DNA of 64,000 bases, taken from assembly GCA_031551725.1 (NCBI GenBank), contig JAVBNF010000002.1:2296-66295 (forward strand). Direction: 5' to 3'. The notes below the pieces were generated by a model that saw nothing but the letters and a program-made list of their open reading frames with translations, was not told the DNA's origin and made no database searches. Position numbers and translations under genes: made by a program. Of this stretch, positions 27,683-39,949 are shown piece by piece; positions within the stretch are counted from its first letter, which is position 1; every line of letters begins with the position of its first letter. The DNA comes from Bacteroidales bacterium (GTDB taxonomy: Bacteria > Bacteroidota > Bacteroidia > Bacteroidales > P3).

Positions 27683-28150
27683 ATGAGAAAATCAAAACCG
27701 AAAAAGCGAATTATTCTGCCGGATCCTAAATTCAACGATCCTACAGTTACAAAATTCATCAACAACATGATGTATAGTGGAAAAAAGAGCCTCGCTCACC
27801 AAATTTTCTACGATGCTATCGAAGTTGTATCTGAAAAAACAAAAGAAGATGGTCTCGAAGTTTGGAAAAAAGCATTGGTAAACGTTACACCGTCTATCGA
27901 AGTAAAAAGCCGCCGTATCGGTGGTGCTAACTTCCAAATCCCCACCGAAATCAGACCCGATCGTAAACAATCAATCGGTATGAAAGCCTTGATCTCGTTC
28001 GCTCGTAAACGTAACGAAAAATCAATGAGCCTAAAACTCGCCGGTGAAATCATGGCCGCCTACAAAGAAGAAGGTGCTGCTTTCAAACGTAAAGAAGATA
28101 CTCACCGTATGGCTGAAGCAAACAAGGCTTTTGCACACTACAGAGCATAA
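27683..28150 (+). CDS. rpsG: 30S ribosomal protein S7
   Basis: [20 protein letters not shown]; str operon order. Confidence 0.96.
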   Translation: MRKSKPKKRIILPDPKFNDPTVTKFINNMMYSGKKSLAHQIFYDAIEVVSEKTKEDGLEVWKKALVNVTPSIEVKSRRIGGANFQIPTEIRPDRKQSIGMKALISFARKRNEKSMSLKLAGEIMAAYKEEGAAFKRKEDTHRMAEANKAFAHYRA

Positions 28151-28171
28151 TTATAGCAAGAAAAAGAAAAA

Positions 28172-30259
28172 ATGGCAGATCTTAGATATACAAGAAACAT
28201 CGGTATCATGGCCCACATCGACGCCGGTAAAACTACAACCTCTGAGCGGATTCTGTTCTACACCGGTAAAACTCATAAACTTGGTGAAGTACATGATGGA
28301 GGGGCTACAATGGACTGGATGGTACAAGAGCAAGAACGTGGTATCACCATCACTTCCGCTGCAACCACCGTCTTTTGGGATTATAATAAAAATAACTACA
28401 AAATCAATTTGATCGATACCCCGGGCCACGTCGACTTCACCGTTGAAGTTGAACGTTCTCTCCGCGTACTCGATGGTGCTGTCGCTCTCTTTTGCGCCGT
28501 AGGGGGGGTACAACCTCAATCCGAAACCGTATGGCGTCAAGCAAACAAATATAAAGTACCGCGTATTTGTTTTGTTAATAAAATGGATCGTACTGGTGCC
28601 GACTTCTTTAATGTTCTTAATCAAATTAAAGAAAGACTTGGCGCAAACCCACTTCCTTTACAAATCCCTATTGGAGCCGAAGAATCTTTCAAAGGCGTAG
28701 TCGATTTGGTAGGTAATAAAGCATACGAATTTTCGGAAGAAGATAAAGGAATGACTCCTATTGAAGTTCCAATTCCTGAAAACCTAAAAGAACTCGCTGC
28801 AGAATATCGTGCTAAATTAATAGAAACAGTAGCAGAACAAGACGAAGCACTAATGGAGAAATTCTTCTCCGATCCGGATTCGATTACTGAAGATGAAATT
28901 ATCGAACAAGTACGAAAAGCGGTAGTTGAAATGCGTATCAATCCGGTAATGTGTGGAACAGCTTTCAAAAATAAAGGTATTCCTTTGTTGATCGATGCTA
29001 TTTGTCGATTCTTGCCAAGCCCAATGGATATTGAAGCTGTTGAAGGTATCAACCCGAAAACAGATGCCATGGAAACTCGCAAACCGGATGCAAAAGAACC
29101 TTTCGCTGCACTCGCATTTAAAATCGCTACAGACCCATTTGTTGGTCGTATCGCTTTCTTCCGCGTATATTCAGGTGCACTCGATGCAGGCTCATACGTC
29201 TTAAATGCCTCTACCGGTAAAAAAGAGCGCATCTCCCGTATCATGCAAATGCACTCCAACAAACAAAATCCGATCGACCGCATCGAAGCAGGTGACATCG
29301 GAGCTGCTGTTGGTTTCAAAGAAATAAAAACCGGTAATACATTGTGCGACGAAGAGCGTCCAATCATCCTTGAATCAATGACTTTCCCGGATCCCGTTAT
29401 CAGCGTTTCTATCGAGCCTAAAACCACTGCCGATATGGACAAACTTACAAACGGTTTGATCAAATTGGCTGAAGAAGACCCTACATTTACTGTTAAAACC
29501 GACGAAAATAGCGGTCAAACAGTTATCAGCGGTATGGGTGAACTTCACCTCGACGTTCTTATCGATCGTTTGCGTCGCGAATTCAAAGTAGAATGTAACC
29601 AAGGTCGTCCGCAAGTAGCATACAAAGAAGCAATCACTGCTGCCGTTCAACACCGCGAAGTCTACAAAAAACAATCCGGTGGTAAAGGTAAATTTGCTGA
29701 TATCGTTTTCGAAATTTCACCCGCAGACGAAGGGGTAAAAGGCCTTCAATTTGTTAATGAAATTAAAGGTGGTAACATCCCGAAAGAATTTATCGCTCCG
29801 ATCGAAAAAGGCTTCAAAGCATCTTTAGATAATGGTGTATTGGCGGGCTATCCAATGGAAAGCATGAAAGTACGTGTCATCGATGGTTCGTTCCACGCAG
29901 TCGATTCAGATGCATTATCTTTCGAACTTTGTGCAAAAATTGGTTTCAAAGAGGCTTGCCGAAAAGCAAAACCAATCCTCCTCGAGCCTATCATGTCTGT
30001 GGAAGTTGAAACACCCGATGCTAACGTCGGCGATGTAACCGGAGACTTGAACCGCCGTCGCGGATTGCTTGAAGGTGTGGATGCTAAAATGGGTGGACAA
30101 GCTGTTCGTGCAAAAGTGCCTTTGTCCGAAATGTTCGGTTACGTAACATCTTTGCGTACCATCACTTCCGGACGTGCAAGTTCCACAATGGAATACGCAT
30201 ACCACGCACCAGCTCCGAACAACGTTGCCGAAGAAGTAATCAAAGCCGCAAATAAATAA
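28172..30259 (+). CDS. fusA: Elongation factor G
   Basis: [29 protein letters not shown]. Confidence 0.97.
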   Translation: MADLRYTRNIGIMAHIDAGKTTTSERILFYTGKTHKLGEVHDGGATMDWMVQEQERGITITSAATTVFWDYNKNNYKINLIDTPGHVDFTVEVERSLRVLDGAVALFCAVGGVQPQSETVWRQANKYKVPRICFVNKMDRTGADFFNVLNQIKERLGANPLPLQIPIGAEESFKGVVDLVGNKAYEFSEEDKGMTPIEVPIPENLKELAAEYRAKLIETVAEQDEALMEKFFSDPDSITEDEIIEQVRKAVVEMRINPVMCGTAFKNKGIPLLIDAICRFLPSPMDIEAVEGINPKTDAMETRKPDAKEPFAALAFKIATDPFVGRIAFFRVYSGALDAGSYVLNASTGKKERISRIMQMHSNKQNPIDRIEAGDIGAAVGFKEIKTGNTLCDEERPIILESMTFPDPVISVSIEPKTTADMDKLTNGLIKLAEEDPTFTVKTDENSGQTVISGMGELHLDVLIDRLRREFKVECNQGRPQVAYKEAITAAVQHREVYKKQSGGKGKFADIVFEISPADEGVKGLQFVNEIKGGNIPKEFIAPIEKGFKASLDNGVLAGYPMESMKVRVIDGSFHAVDSDALSFELCAKIGFKEACRKAKPILLEPIMSVEVETPDANVGDVTGDLNRRRGLLEGVDAKMGGQAVRAKVPLSEMFGYVTSLRTITSGRASSTMEYAYHAPAPNNVAEEVIKAANK

Positions 30260-30266
30260 TATATGG

Positions 30267-30290
30267 TAGGGGCAACCCTCGCGGTTGCCC
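30267..30290. repeat. GTAGGGGCAACC-CTCGC-GGTTGCCC palindromic unit between fusA and rpsJ
   Basis: Same family as 17229 and the 10464-10610 units. Confidence 0.75.
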
Positions 30291-30338
30291 TCCAACCATT
30301 ATAAAAAGAAAAATATAATCACAAAAACACTATAAAAC

Positions 30339-30644
30339 GTGAGCCAAAGGATTAGAATAAAATTAAAATCATACGACTACAACTTGGTAGACAAATCTGC
30401 TGAGAAAATCGTAAAAACCGTAAAAGCAACAGGTGCGTTGATCAGTGGTCCTATTCCATTGCCAACCAACAAAAAAATCTTCACGGTTAACCGTTCAACG
30501 TTCGTTAACAAAAAATCTCGCGAACAATTTGAACTCGCTGCTTACAAAAGATTAATCGACATCCACAGCAGCAGTTCCAAAACCATCGATGCTTTGATGA
30601 AATTGGAATTGCCTAGCGGTGTTGAAGTTGAAATCAAAGTTTGA
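30339..30644 (+). CDS. rpsJ: 30S ribosomal protein S10 (GTG start)
   Basis: [11 protein letters not shown]...[15 protein letters not shown]. Confidence 0.95.
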   Translation: MSQRIRIKLKSYDYNLVDKSAEKIVKTVKATGALISGPIPLPTNKKIFTVNRSTFVNKKSREQFELAAYKRLIDIHSSSSKTIDALMKLELPSGVEVEIKV

Positions 30645-30735
30645 TAATTAAATAAATTTTTGCCACGCCTTATCGTCCTTTCAGAAGAAGTTCGATCAAT
30701 AAGCGTCGCTCATTTAAAAAGTAAACAATAAGAAA

Positions 30736-31365
30736 ATGTCCGGATTAATTGGAAAAAAAATCGGAATGACTAGCATCTGGGATGCCTCCGGCAACAATGT
30801 GCCGTGCACTGTGATCCAAGCTGGTCCTTGCGTTGTTACGCAAGTGAAAACAAAAGAGACTGATGGCTACGAAGCTATCCAGTTGTCTTTTGACGAACGT
30901 AAAGAAAAACACGCCTCTAAAGCGCTTAAAGGCCACTTCGCAAAAGCGAACACCACCCCGAAAAAAGTTTCGATGGAGTTCACTCGCTTTGAAGAAGGTA
31001 GCCGTAAAGCTTTTGGTGAAACAATCGGGGTTGACGTATTCGTAGAAGGCGAATATATTGACGTTGCCGGTATCACTAAAGGTAAAGGCTTTCAAGGGGT
31101 AGTAAAACGCCACGGTTTCGGTGGGGTAGGGCAATCTACTCACGGTCAACATAACCGTTTGAGAGCTCCCGGTTCTGTGGGCGCTTCTTCATACCCTTCT
31201 CGCGTATTCAAAGGTCTTCGTATGGCCGGACGCATGGGTGGTGACCATTGCAAAATGATTAACATCGAAGTGGTGAAAATCGTTCCTGAAATGAATTTAA
31301 TTTTAGTTAAAGGTTCCGTTCCCGGTCCTAAAGGCTCATATTTAAAATTGGAAAGATGGAGTTAG
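30736..31365 (+). CDS. rplC: 50S ribosomal protein L3
   Basis: [10 protein letters not shown]...[14 protein letters not shown]. Confidence 0.96.
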   Translation: MSGLIGKKIGMTSIWDASGNNVPCTVIQAGPCVVTQVKTKETDGYEAIQLSFDERKEKHASKALKGHFAKANTTPKKVSMEFTRFEEGSRKAFGETIGVDVFVEGEYIDVAGITKGKGFQGVVKRHGFGGVGQSTHGQHNRLRAPGSVGASSYPSRVFKGLRMAGRMGGDHCKMINIEVVKIVPEMNLILVKGSVPGPKGSYLKLERWS

Positions 31366-31988
31366 TAGTATATAATATCGAAGGAAAAGAAACCGGTAGA
31401 AAAGTTAAAGTTAACGACGCCGTTTTCGCAATTGAGCCAAATGATCACGCGATCTATTTGGACGTTAAACAATACTTGGCTAACCAACGTCAAGGTACAC
31501 ACAAAGCCAAAGAACGTAGCGAAGTTTCTGGTAGTACCCGTAAACTAATCAAACAAAAAGGTGGTGGTGGTGCACGTCGTGGAGATATCAATTCACCTCT
31601 ATTAGTAGGTGGTGGACGCGCTTTTGGTCCGAGACCGAGAAGCTATAGCTTTAAATTGAATAAAAAGCTGAAACGTCTCGCTCGTAAATCGGCTCTTTCA
31701 TACAAAGCTCAGGGCAATCAAATCATGGTTATTGAAGACTTTGATTTCCAGACACCTAAGACAAAAGAGATGATCAAGATATTAAATAATTTAAAAATAT
31801 CTGAAAAAAAATCACTTTTTGTATTGAAAAGTCCAAATAAAAACGTATCTTTGTCGTCCCGTAATTTACAAACGATAGAAGTCGTAAATCAATCGGATTT
31901 AAACACATACGATATTATGCGCGCTCAAAACATGGTATTTTTGGAAAGCGCAATCGTAGAATTCGATAAAACTTACGCAGAATTGTAA
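31356..31988 (+). CDS. rplD: 50S ribosomal protein L4
   Basis: S10 operon order; [11 protein letters not shown] motif. Confidence 0.95.
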   Translation: MELVVYNIEGKETGRKVKVNDAVFAIEPNDHAIYLDVKQYLANQRQGTHKAKERSEVSGSTRKLIKQKGGGGARRGDINSPLLVGGGRAFGPRPRSYSFKLNKKLKRLARKSALSYKAQGNQIMVIEDFDFQTPKTKEMIKILNNLKISEKKSLFVLKSPNKNVSLSSRNLQTIEVVNQSDLNTYDIMRAQNMVFLESAIVEFDKTYAEL

Positions 31989-32016
31989 GAGGGGTAAATA
32001 GCTTAAAATTAGAGAA

Positions 32017-32307
32017 ATGAGTATCATAATTAAACCTATCGTAACCGAAAAAATGACCGGCATCAGCGAAAAATTTAATCGCGTCGGTTTCGTGGTCGAT
32101 AAAAGAGCAAATAAATTAGAAATCAAAAACGAAGTTGAAACACTTTATAATGTAAAAGTAACTGACGTTAATACCATCAGCTACGCAGGTAAAGTGAAAA
32201 CACGCTTCACTAAAGCAGGATTCCTTAAAGGTCGTACAAATGCTTTCAAAAAAGCAATTATTACCTTGGCAGAAGGAGATACTATCGATTTCTATAGCAG
32301 CATCTAA
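32017..32307 (+). CDS. rplW: 50S ribosomal protein L23
   Basis: IIKPIVTEK...; operon order. Confidence 0.95.
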   Translation: MSIIIKPIVTEKMTGISEKFNRVGFVVDKRANKLEIKNEVETLYNVKVTDVNTISYAGKVKTRFTKAGFLKGRTNAFKKAIITLAEGDTIDFYSSI

Positions 32308-32357
32308 AAAATTAATGTAAATTATGGGCGCTGAGTTCGCCCGATAAAACAAAAACA

Positions 32358-33182
32358 ATGGCTTTAAAAAAATTAAAACCGACAACACCGGGACAACGCT
32401 TCAAAACAGCGATCACGTTTGAGGAAATCACAACCTCTGCGCCCGAAAAATCGTTGTTGTTGCCGAAACGTAAATCAGGCGGTCGTAACAACACTGGTAA
32501 AATGACGATGCGCTACATCGGCGGTGGTCATAAACAAATGTACCGTATCATCGATTTCAAACGCGACAAGGAAAACATTCCTGCTACCGTTAAATCAATC
32601 GAATATGACCCGAACCGTACAAGCCGTATTGCACTTTTAGTATATGCTGATGGTGAAAAAAGATACATCATCGCTCCGCAAGGATTGAAAGTAGGTACAA
32701 AAGTAATGGCTGGTAAAGGTGCTACACCTGACGTTGGAAATGCTTTATATATGAGCGAAATTCCTTTGGGAACTATCATTCATAATATTGAATTGCGCCC
32801 GGGACAAGGTGCTAAAATGGCACGTAGTGCAGGTACATACGCTCAATTAATGTCGCGTGAAGATAAATATGCCATTATCAAATTGCCTTCTGGCGAAACT
32901 CGCAAAATGTTGCAGGCTTGCAAAGCTACAATCGGTGTTGCTTCTAACTCCGATCATAGCTTGGAACGCTCTGGTAAAGCTGGTCGTAGCCGTTGGTTGG
33001 GCCGCCGCCCACGCGTTCGTGGTGTTGTAATGAATCCGGTTGATCACCCGATGGGTGGTGGTGAAGGACGTGCGTCCGGAGGTCACCCACGCTCTCGCAA
33101 CGGTATGCCGGCTAAAGGTTACAAAACACGTAAACCTAAAAATACTTCTTCTCAATTTATTATTGAAAGACGTAAAAAATAG
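32358..33182 (+). CDS. rplB: 50S ribosomal protein L2
   Basis: KPTTPGQRF...[13 protein letters not shown]. Confidence 0.97.
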   Translation: MALKKLKPTTPGQRFKTAITFEEITTSAPEKSLLLPKRKSGGRNNTGKMTMRYIGGGHKQMYRIIDFKRDKENIPATVKSIEYDPNRTSRIALLVYADGEKRYIIAPQGLKVGTKVMAGKGATPDVGNALYMSEIPLGTIIHNIELRPGQGAKMARSAGTYAQLMSREDKYAIIKLPSGETRKMLQACKATIGVASNSDHSLERSGKAGRSRWLGRRPRVRGVVMNPVDHPMGGGEGRASGGHPRSRNGMPAKGYKTRKPKNTSSQFIIERRKK

Positions 33183-33216
33183 TAAACAGATAAAATAACG
33201 ATTAAAGAGAATATCA

Positions 33217-33495
33217 ATGAGCCGTTCATTAAAAAAAGGACCATATATCCATTTCAAACTCGAGAAGAAAGTCTTGGCTGCCGTAGAAAGCAAAAAGAAA
33301 TCAACGATCAAAACTTGGTCGCGCGCATCCATGATCTCTCCCGACTTTGTTGGTCAAACGATCGCTGTTCATAATGGTAATAAATTCATCCCTGTTTACG
33401 TTACCGAAAATATGGTAGGTCACAAATTGGGCGAATTTGCACCCACGCGTATCTTCAGAGGTCACGCCGGAAACAAAGATAAAGGTAAAAAATAA
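33217..33495 (+). CDS. rpsS: 30S ribosomal protein S19
   Basis: SRSLKKGPY...[18 protein letters not shown]. Confidence 0.97.
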   Translation: MSRSLKKGPYIHFKLEKKVLAAVESKKKSTIKTWSRASMISPDFVGQTIAVHNGNKFIPVYVTENMVGHKLGEFAPTRIFRGHAGNKDKGKK

Positions 33496-33541
33496 TCTCC
33501 GGAAAACTCGTTGATTGAACAAATTTGAAAAAAAACAGAAA

Positions 33542-33973
33542 ATGGGATCAAGAAAACATATTCGAGCAGAAGAAAGAAAAAGTGCAAAACGCACAACTTA
33601 CATGGCTAAGCTGACTGATAATCCAACGTCGCCTCGCAAAACTCGTCTTACCGCCGATTTAGTTCGTGGTATGGATGTTGAAAAAGCATTGGGCGTGTTG
33701 CAATACAGTTCACGTGAAGCTGCTCCTAAAATTCATAAATTGCTTCGCTCTGCAATCGCTAACTGGCAAAGCAAAAACGAAGGACAACGTATGGAAGACG
33801 CGAAACTTTACATCCAAGAAATCTTTGTAGATGGCGGTGCCATGCTTAAAAGATTGCGTACGGCTCCTCAAGGTAGAGGATATCGTATCCGTAAACGCTC
33901 AAACCATGTTACTTTAATTTTGGGAAGCCGCGTGGCAGCTCCCGCCGTTGAATCAACTGAGTCAGAAAATTAA
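33542..33973 (+). CDS. rplV: 50S ribosomal protein L22
   Basis: [14 protein letters not shown]; ATG at 33542 is preferred over the TTG at 33515. Confidence 0.93.
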   Translation: MGSRKHIRAEERKSAKRTTYMAKLTDNPTSPRKTRLTADLVRGMDVEKALGVLQYSSREAAPKIHKLLRSAIANWQSKNEGQRMEDAKLYIQEIFVDGGAMLKRLRTAPQGRGYRIRKRSNHVTLILGSRVAAPAVESTESEN

Positions 33974-33987
33974 TCATTATACGAAGA

Positions 33988-34734
33988 ATGGGACAAAAAA
34001 CAAATCCGATAGGTAACAGATTAGGAATTATCCGTGGATGGGATTCCAACTGGTTTGGCGGTAAAAAATTTGAACACAAACTCGTAGAAGACGAAAAAAT
34101 CAGAAAATATTTGAATGCTCGTCTTGCTCGTGCAGGTGTTGCTAAAATCAATATCGAACGTACATTGAAATTAGTTACAGCTACGATCCACACTGCTCGC
34201 CCCGGTTTCATCATCGGTAAAGCCGGATCGGAAGTTGATAAATTAAAAGAAGAGTTGAAAAAACTTACTAATAAAGAAGTTCAAATCAATATCTTGGAAG
34301 TAAAACGCCCGGAATTGGATGCAACTTTGGTAGCAAGTGCAATCGCTCGTCAATTGGAAGCTCGTGTTTCTTACCGTAAAGCAATCAAAATGGCTATTGC
34401 ATCCGCAATGCGTTTAGGAGCTGAAGGTATCAAAGTTCAAATCTCTGGTCGTTTGGGTGGTGCTGAAATGGCACGTACCGAACATTTCAAAGAAGGTCGT
34501 ACTCCGCTTCACACCTTGCGTGCTGATATCGATTACGCTTTGGGCGAAGCTCATACTACATACGGTCGTTTGGGCGTAAAAGTGTGGATCTGTAAAGGTT
34601 TAGTTTATGGAAAACGCGAAATCGTTCCTGCTTTCAGCGGAATTCAAACCGACAAACCGGGTAGACCTGGTGGATCAGCTCCAAGACAAGGTGGCGGCGC
34701 TCCAAGAGGTGGCGGAAACCAAAGAAGAAAATAA
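33988..34734 (+). CDS. rpsC: 30S ribosomal protein S3
   Basis: [14 protein letters not shown]; KH domain. Confidence 0.97.
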   Translation: MGQKTNPIGNRLGIIRGWDSNWFGGKKFEHKLVEDEKIRKYLNARLARAGVAKINIERTLKLVTATIHTARPGFIIGKAGSEVDKLKEELKKLTNKEVQINILEVKRPELDATLVASAIARQLEARVSYRKAIKMAIASAMRLGAEGIKVQISGRLGGAEMARTEHFKEGRTPLHTLRADIDYALGEAHTTYGRLGVKVWICKGLVYGKREIVPAFSGIQTDKPGRPGGSAPRQGGGAPRGGGNQRRK

Positions 34735-34765
34735 TAAGTTAGAAAGATTTAAATAACGATAAGTA

Positions 34766-35191
34766 ATGTTACAACCGAAGAGAACAAAGTTTAGAAAACA
34801 ACAGAAAGGCAAGATGAAAGGCAACACGAAACGTGGTGCTGAAATCGCTTTCGGTTCGTTCGCCATCAAAGCACTTGAACCAGCTTTGATCACCGGCCGT
34901 CAAATCGAAGCTGCTCGTCAAGCCATCTCTCGTTATATGAAACGTGAAGGCCAAATGTGGATTCGTATTTTCCCTGATAAGCCCATCACTAAAAAACCGA
35001 ATGAGGTACGTATGGGTAAAGGTAAAGGTGCTCCTGAATACTTCGTGGCTCGCGTAACTCCGGGAAGAATTTTGTTTGAAGCAGAAGGCGTGCCTTTGGA
35101 TATCGCTCAAGAAGCTCTCCGCTTAGGGTCTCAAAAACTCCCGATCGCAGTGAAATTCATCGTAAGAAGAGATTACGAAGCTGAAGCATAA
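34766..35191 (+). CDS. rplP: 50S ribosomal protein L16
   Basis: [14 protein letters not shown]. Confidence 0.97.
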   Translation: MLQPKRTKFRKQQKGKMKGNTKRGAEIAFGSFAIKALEPALITGRQIEAARQAISRYMKREGQMWIRIFPDKPITKKPNEVRMGKGKGAPEYFVARVTPGRILFEAEGVPLDIAQEALRLGSQKLPIAVKFIVRRDYEAEA

Positions 35192-35245
35192 TAACCGAAT
35201 AAAACAAAAATAGCATTCGCAAGTTTGCTTAAAAATAAAAAAAGG

Positions 35246-35449
35246 ATGAAACCAGAAGTTATAAGAGAATTATCCACGCCCGAGCTGAAAGAACGTTTGG
35301 AAGAGGAAAGAGCACAACTTACAAAAAATAAGTTGACTCACGCAATTTCTCCTATTGATAATTCAAACGTGCTCAAATCTCACAGAAAAACTGTTGCTCG
35401 TCTTTTGACGGAAATGCGCAGCAGAGAATTGGCAGAGCAAAAAGCTTAA
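35246..35449 (+). CDS. rpmC: 50S ribosomal protein L29
   Basis: [17 protein letters not shown]; ATG at 35246 is preferred. Confidence 0.93.
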   Translation: MKPEVIRELSTPELKERLEEERAQLTKNKLTHAISPIDNSNVLKSHRKTVARLLTEMRSRELAEQKA

Positions 35450-35460
35450 CAAATCAGAAC

Positions 35461-35715
35461 ATGGAAAGAAATTTAAGAAAAGAAAGAATTGGCTTGGTTG
35501 CCAGCTCAAAAATGGATAAATCCATTACTGTAGTAGTTGAACGTAAGGTGAAACACCCCAAGTATGGTAAGTTTGTAAAGCAATCTAAAAAGTTCATGGC
35601 TCATGACGAAAAAAATGAGTGTAACGAGGGAGATACAGTGCGTATCATGGAAACTCGCCCATTGAGCAAGAACAAATGCTGGAGATTAGTCGAAATTATT
35701 GAAAGAGTAAAATAA
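35461..35715 (+). CDS. rpsQ: 30S ribosomal protein S17
   Basis: [20 protein letters not shown]. Confidence 0.96.
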   Translation: MERNLRKERIGLVASSKMDKSITVVVERKVKHPKYGKFVKQSKKFMAHDEKNECNEGDTVRIMETRPLSKNKCWRLVEIIERVK

Positions 35716-36083
35716 TGATACAACAAGAATCAAGATTATCTGTTGCCGACAACAGTGGAGCGAAAAACGTTCTCTGCATTCGAGTACTCGGTGGCACAAA
35801 AAGAAGATACGCCAGTGTTGGCGATAAGATCGTTGTGGCGGTAAAAGATGCATTACCTTCCGGCAACGTGAAAAAAGGAGCTGTATCGAAAGCTGTAATC
35901 GTTAGAACTAAAAAAGAAGTACGTCGCGCCGACGGATCATACATCCGCTTCGATGACAATGCCGTTGTTCTTTTGACTGCTAATGAAGAGTTGCGCGGAA
36001 CCCGTATTTTCGGACCCGTTGCAAGAGAGCTTCGCGAAAAACAGTTTATGAAAATTGTTTCATTAGCACCTGAAGTGCTTTAA
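35715..36083 (+). CDS. rplN: 50S ribosomal protein L14
   Basis: [17 protein letters not shown]. Confidence 0.97.
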   Translation: MIQQESRLSVADNSGAKNVLCIRVLGGTKRRYASVGDKIVVAVKDALPSGNVKKGAVSKAVIVRTKKEVRRADGSYIRFDDNAVVLLTANEELRGTRIFGPVARELREKQFMKIVSLAPEVL

Positions 36084-36102
36084 CCCATAAGAAAATCATA
36101 TT

Positions 36103-36417
36103 ATGAAACTGCATATTAAAAAAGGTGATACCGTGAAGGTGCTTGCGGGTGAAAGCAAAGGCAGCCAAGGCCGCGTGCTCTCTGTTAATATTGAAAAATA
36201 CAGAGCAATCGTTGAAGGCGTAAACATGGTGAAAAAACACACCAAACCGAATGCCAAAAGCCCTCAAGGCGGCATTGTAGAAAAAGAAGCTGCTATTCAT
36301 ATCTCAAACCTAATGGTGGTTAGCGACGGCGTCGCTACTCGCGTGGGTAGAAGAGTGGATGAAAAAACAGGAAAGTTAGTTCGTTATTCCAAAAAAAGCG
36401 GGGAGGCTATTAAGTAA
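36103..36417 (+). CDS. rplX: 50S ribosomal protein L24
   Basis: [19 protein letters not shown] (KOW motif). Confidence 0.96.
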   Translation: MKLHIKKGDTVKVLAGESKGSQGRVLSVNIEKYRAIVEGVNMVKKHTKPNAKSPQGGIVEKEAAIHISNLMVVSDGVATRVGRRVDEKTGKLVRYSKKSGEAIK

Positions 36418-36977
36418 TGAGTTACACACCCAGATTAAAAGAAAAGTATAAAAACGAAGTAGTTCCTGCTTTAAAGGAACAATTTCAATACACAAGCGTT
36501 ATGCAAGTTCCTCGCTTGACCAAAATTTGTTTGAATCAAGGTTTGGGCGGAGCTGTTGCTGATAAAAAATTGATCGAATCAGGTCTCGAAGAAATGACGA
36601 TTATCGCAGGTCAACGCGCAGTATCAACTAAATCGAAAAAAGATATCTCGAACTTCAAAGTTCGTAAAGGTATGCCGATCGGTGTACGTGTAACCCTTCG
36701 CGGCGAACGTATGTACGAATTTTTGGATCGTTTGATCGCTGTGGCTATCCCACGTGTTCGTGACTTCAGAGGTATCAGCGATAAAGGTTTCGACGGAAAA
36801 GGTAACTATACTTTCGGTATCACCGAACAAATTATCTATCCTGAAATCAACATCGACAAGGTAAATAAAATTGCCGGTATGGATATCACGTTTGTTACAA
36901 CAGCAAACACCGACAAAGAAGCATACGCTTTGTTGAAAGAATTCGGATTACCATTTCAAAAACAAAACAACCAATAG
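36417..36977 (+). CDS. rplE: 50S ribosomal protein L5
   Basis: [15 protein letters not shown]...; spc operon order. Confidence 0.96.
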   Translation: MSYTPRLKEKYKNEVVPALKEQFQYTSVMQVPRLTKICLNQGLGGAVADKKLIESGLEEMTIIAGQRAVSTKSKKDISNFKVRKGMPIGVRVTLRGERMYEFLDRLIAVAIPRVRDFRGISDKGFDGKGNYTFGITEQIIYPEINIDKVNKIAGMDITFVTTANTDKEAYALLKEFGLPFQKQNNQ

Positions 36978-36981
36978 AGAT

Positions 36982-37251
36982 ATGGCTAAAGAATCAATGA
37001 AAGCCAGAGAGCTGAAGAGAGAAAAATTAGTTGCTAAATATGCCGCAAAACGTGCCGCTTTGATCGAAGCAGGTGATTATGTAGGTTTGCAAAAATTACC
37101 TAAAAATGCATCTCCTGTACGTTTGCACAACCGTTGCAAATTGACCGGTCGTCCTAAAGGATATATGCGTACGTTTGGTATCTCTCGTATCAACTTCCGC
37201 GAAATGGCATTGAACGGATTGATTCCGGGTGTTAAAAAGGCATCTTGGTAA
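36982..37251 (+). CDS. rpsN: 30S ribosomal protein S14
   Basis: [12 protein letters not shown]...NRC..TGRPKGY. Confidence 0.96.
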   Translation: MAKESMKARELKREKLVAKYAAKRAALIEAGDYVGLQKLPKNASPVRLHNRCKLTGRPKGYMRTFGISRINFREMALNGLIPGVKKASW

Positions 37252-37297
37252 TCCAATAAAGAAGAAAAGAATTTATAATTATAATTAAGACAATCCA

Positions 37298-37693
37298 ATG
37301 GTAACAGATCCAATTGCAGACTTCCTAACACGGATTCGAAATGCAGTGATGGCCAAACATCAAATGGTAGAAATTCCTGCTTCTAAAATGAAGCAAGAAA
37401 TGACCAAGATCTTGTTTGAAAAAGGTTATATCGCAAACTATAAATTTGAAGAAGGCGAAAAACCATCTATCAAAATTGCTTTGAAATATCATCCGGTAAC
37501 AAAAGTTTCTGCGATCAAAAGTATCGAAAGAATTAGTAAACCGGGTTTGCGTAAATATGCTCACACTGAAGACTTACCTCGCGTAATGAACGGTTTGGGT
37601 ATCGCTATCATCTCAACCTCTAAAGGTTTGATGACTGATAAAGAAGCGAAAACGCAAAACGTAGGTGGTGAAGTCGTTTGTTATGTTTGCTAA
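37298..37693 (+). CDS. rpsH: 30S ribosomal protein S8
   Basis: [14 protein letters not shown]. Confidence 0.97.
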   Translation: MVTDPIADFLTRIRNAVMAKHQMVEIPASKMKQEMTKILFEKGYIANYKFEEGEKPSIKIALKYHPVTKVSAIKSIERISKPGLRKYAHTEDLPRVMNGLGIAIISTSKGLMTDKEAKTQNVGGEVVCYVC

Positions 37694-37730
37694 TTCCTAA
37701 GGGAACAGAAAAAATAAGGAGAAAAGAAAA

Positions 37731-38294
37731 ATGTCAAGAATTGGTAAAGCACCGATTAGCATTCCACAAGGCGTAGATATCGCAGTAGCGTCTAACAACG
37801 TGGTAACGGTTAAAGGACCGAAAGGCGAGTTGAATCTTGCTGTAGATCCGGATATTACGGTAAATGTAGATAAAGAAGCAAAAGTATTGGCTGTAACTCG
37901 TCCGACTGACCAAAAACGTCATCGTTCGTTGCACGGTTTGTACAGAGCATTGTTGAACAACATGGTTACCGGCGTTTCTACCGGATTTAAAACTACGTTG
38001 GAAATCGTAGGGGTGGGTTATAAAGCGAATATCGCCGGACAAATCCTCGAATTGTCGCTTGGTTTCTCTCACAACTTGTTTATGGAGTTGCCGAAAGAAA
38101 TCAAATGCCAAACAACCGCTGAAAAAGGTAAAAACCCTACAATTATTCTTGAGTCGCACGACAAAGAATTGTTAGGAATGGTTGTTTCTAAAATTCGTTC
38201 TTATCGTAAGCCTGAACCTTACAAAGGAAAAGGTATCAAATTCGAAGGCGAAGTTCTTAGAAGAAAAGCAGGTAAATCTGCATCGAGCAAATAG
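37731..38294 (+). CDS. rplF: 50S ribosomal protein L6
   Basis: MSRIGKAPISIPQGV. Confidence 0.97.
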   Translation: MSRIGKAPISIPQGVDIAVASNNVVTVKGPKGELNLAVDPDITVNVDKEAKVLAVTRPTDQKRHRSLHGLYRALLNNMVTGVSTGFKTTLEIVGVGYKANIAGQILELSLGFSHNLFMELPKEIKCQTTAEKGKNPTIILESHDKELLGMVVSKIRSYRKPEPYKGKGIKFEGEVLRRKAGKSASSK

Positions 38295-38321
38295 TATAAC
38301 ATATAAAAAGATACTGATAAA

Positions 38322-38675
38322 ATGGTTATTACAAAAGAATACAGAAGAAAGCGTATCAAACAACGCATTCGTAAACGCCTTGCGGGTACTGCAGCTGCAC
38401 CTCGTCTCAGCGTTTTCAGAAGCAATAAAGAAATTTACGCTCAAATCATCAACGACGCAGAAGGTAAAACGTTGGTGGCAGCTTCTTCACGCGACAAAGG
38501 TTTTTCAGCTAAAGGACCGAAAAGCGACATTGCAAAACAAGTGGGATTGGAGATTGCTAAAAAAGCAACCGCTGCCGGTATTACCACAGTTGTTTTTGAT
38601 AGAAACGGTTATTTGTATCACGGAAGAGTAAAATCTTTGGCAGATGCTGCTAGAGAAGGTGGTCTTAAATTCTAA
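38322..38675 (+). CDS. rplR: 50S ribosomal protein L18
   Basis: [19 protein letters not shown]. Confidence 0.96.
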   Translation: MVITKEYRRKRIKQRIRKRLAGTAAAPRLSVFRSNKEIYAQIINDAEGKTLVAASSRDKGFSAKGPKSDIAKQVGLEIAKKATAAGITTVVFDRNGYLYHGRVKSLADAAREGGLKF

Positions 38676-38683
38676 AAATTATT

Positions 38684-39202
38684 ATGACAGACGCAAACGT
38701 AAAAAGAGTAAAGTCGAGCGAAATCGAGTTTAAAGATAAATTGGTTGCCATCAACCGTGTAACGAAAGTTACTAAAGGGGGACGTACATTCAGTTTTTCC
38801 GCCATCGTGGTTGTTGGTAACGAAAATGGTGTTGTTGGATATGGCTTGGGTAAAGCGAAAGAAGTTCAACAAGCTATCAGCAAAGGCCTCGAAGATGCTA
38901 AGAAAAATCTTGTGAAAGTACCTATCCTTAAGGGAACTGTACCTCACGCGCAAGAAGGAAAATATAGTGGAGCGAAAGTGTTTTTGAAACCTGCTTCTCA
39001 CGGTACTGGAGTTATCGCCGGTGGTGCTATGCGTGCCGTACTTGAAAGCGTGGGAGTGAAAGACGTGTTGGCAAAAAGTAAAGGTTCTTCTAACCCACAC
39101 AGCGTGGTAAAAGCAACCATTGATGCGTTAACTCAAATGCGTGATGCACACACTGTTGCTCAATTGCGTGGTGTTGAATTAGACAAAGTATTTAACGGCT
39201 AA
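38684..39202 (+). CDS. rpsE: 30S ribosomal protein S5
   Basis: [18 protein letters not shown]. Confidence 0.97.
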   Translation: MTDANVKRVKSSEIEFKDKLVAINRVTKVTKGGRTFSFSAIVVVGNENGVVGYGLGKAKEVQQAISKGLEDAKKNLVKVPILKGTVPHAQEGKYSGAKVFLKPASHGTGVIAGGAMRAVLESVGVKDVLAKSKGSSNPHSVVKATIDALTQMRDAHTVAQLRGVELDKVFNG

Positions 39203-39238
39203 TTTTCCGTTTTTTAATTCGAAAAAAAGAAAGAGATA

Positions 39239-39418
39239 ATGAAAAAGTTGAGATTAACCCAACAAAAAAGCGGCATCGACAGACCTTTGCGTCAAAAAAG
39301 AACGTTGCAAGCCTTAGGATTAGGAAAACCGGGACAAGTTTCTGAAGTAACCGTTACTGAGCCTATCGCAGGTATGATTGCAAAAATCAGCCATTTAATC
39401 AAGATCGAAGAAATTTAG
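39239..39418 (+). CDS. rpmD: 50S ribosomal protein L30 (59 aa; below the ORF-track cutoff)
   Basis: My own translation gives MKKLRLTQQKSGIDRPLRQKRTLQALGLGKPGQVSEVTVTEPIAGMIAKISHLIKIEEI, between rpsE and rplO. Confidence 0.9.
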   Translation: MKKLRLTQQKSGIDRPLRQKRTLQALGLGKPGQVSEVTVTEPIAGMIAKISHLIKIEEI

Positions 39419-39465
39419 TATAACTCTTTTACAAGAGAAACAATCGCAGAAAAGAATTTAAGACT

Positions 39466-39912
39466 ATGGAATTAAATAATCTACAACCGGCTCAAGGTTC
39501 TGTAAGAAACAATTATCGCGCAGGACGCGGATACGGTTCAGGAAACGGAAAAACTTCCGGCCGCGGTCACAAAGGAGCACAATCTCGTTCAGGTTACAGC
39601 CGTAAACCTGGATTCGAAGGTGGTCAAATGCCTTTGTACAGACGCGTGCCGAAGTTCGGTTTTAAAAACATCAATCGTGTTGAATACAACGCGATCAATT
39701 TGGATACTTTGCAAAAATTGGCTGAAACTAAAAACGTGAAAGCAGTTGACCTTGATGTGTTGGTGCAAAACGGTTTGGCTTCGAAACATGATTTAATCAA
39801 AGTATTGGGAAGAGGTGAGTTGACAGCAGCTCTCGAAGTGAAAGCACACGCTTTTTCCGCAACAGCAAAACAAGCTATTGAAGCTAAAGGTGGTTCAGTT
39901 ACTGTTCTGTAG
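39466..39912 (+). CDS. rplO: 50S ribosomal protein L15
   Basis: [10 protein letters not shown]...GRGHKG. Confidence 0.96.
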   Translation: MELNNLQPAQGSVRNNYRAGRGYGSGNGKTSGRGHKGAQSRSGYSRKPGFEGGQMPLYRRVPKFGFKNINRVEYNAINLDTLQKLAETKNVKAVDLDVLVQNGLASKHDLIKVLGRGELTAALEVKAHAFSATAKQAIEAKGGSVTVL

Positions 39913-39949
39913 TCTGACCAAGTAGCAATCGAAAATAGAAAAAGACCTG

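Noticed and set aside
28621-29463. 280-aa minus-strand ORF inside fusA, and similar long antisense ORFs such as 12284-12934, 40294-40725, 40664-41158, 54341-54811 and 672-1253
   Set aside because: They are antisense shadows of strongly supported genes or of G-rich repeat coding. The translations are low-complexity or Cys/Arg-rich with no family motifs, and no promoter boxes are present.
38182-38631. 149-aa plus-strand ORF overlapping rplF/rplR out of frame
   Set aside because: It overlaps two canonical ribosomal protein genes in an alternative frame. It has no independent signals and is a chance open frame in A/K-rich sequence.
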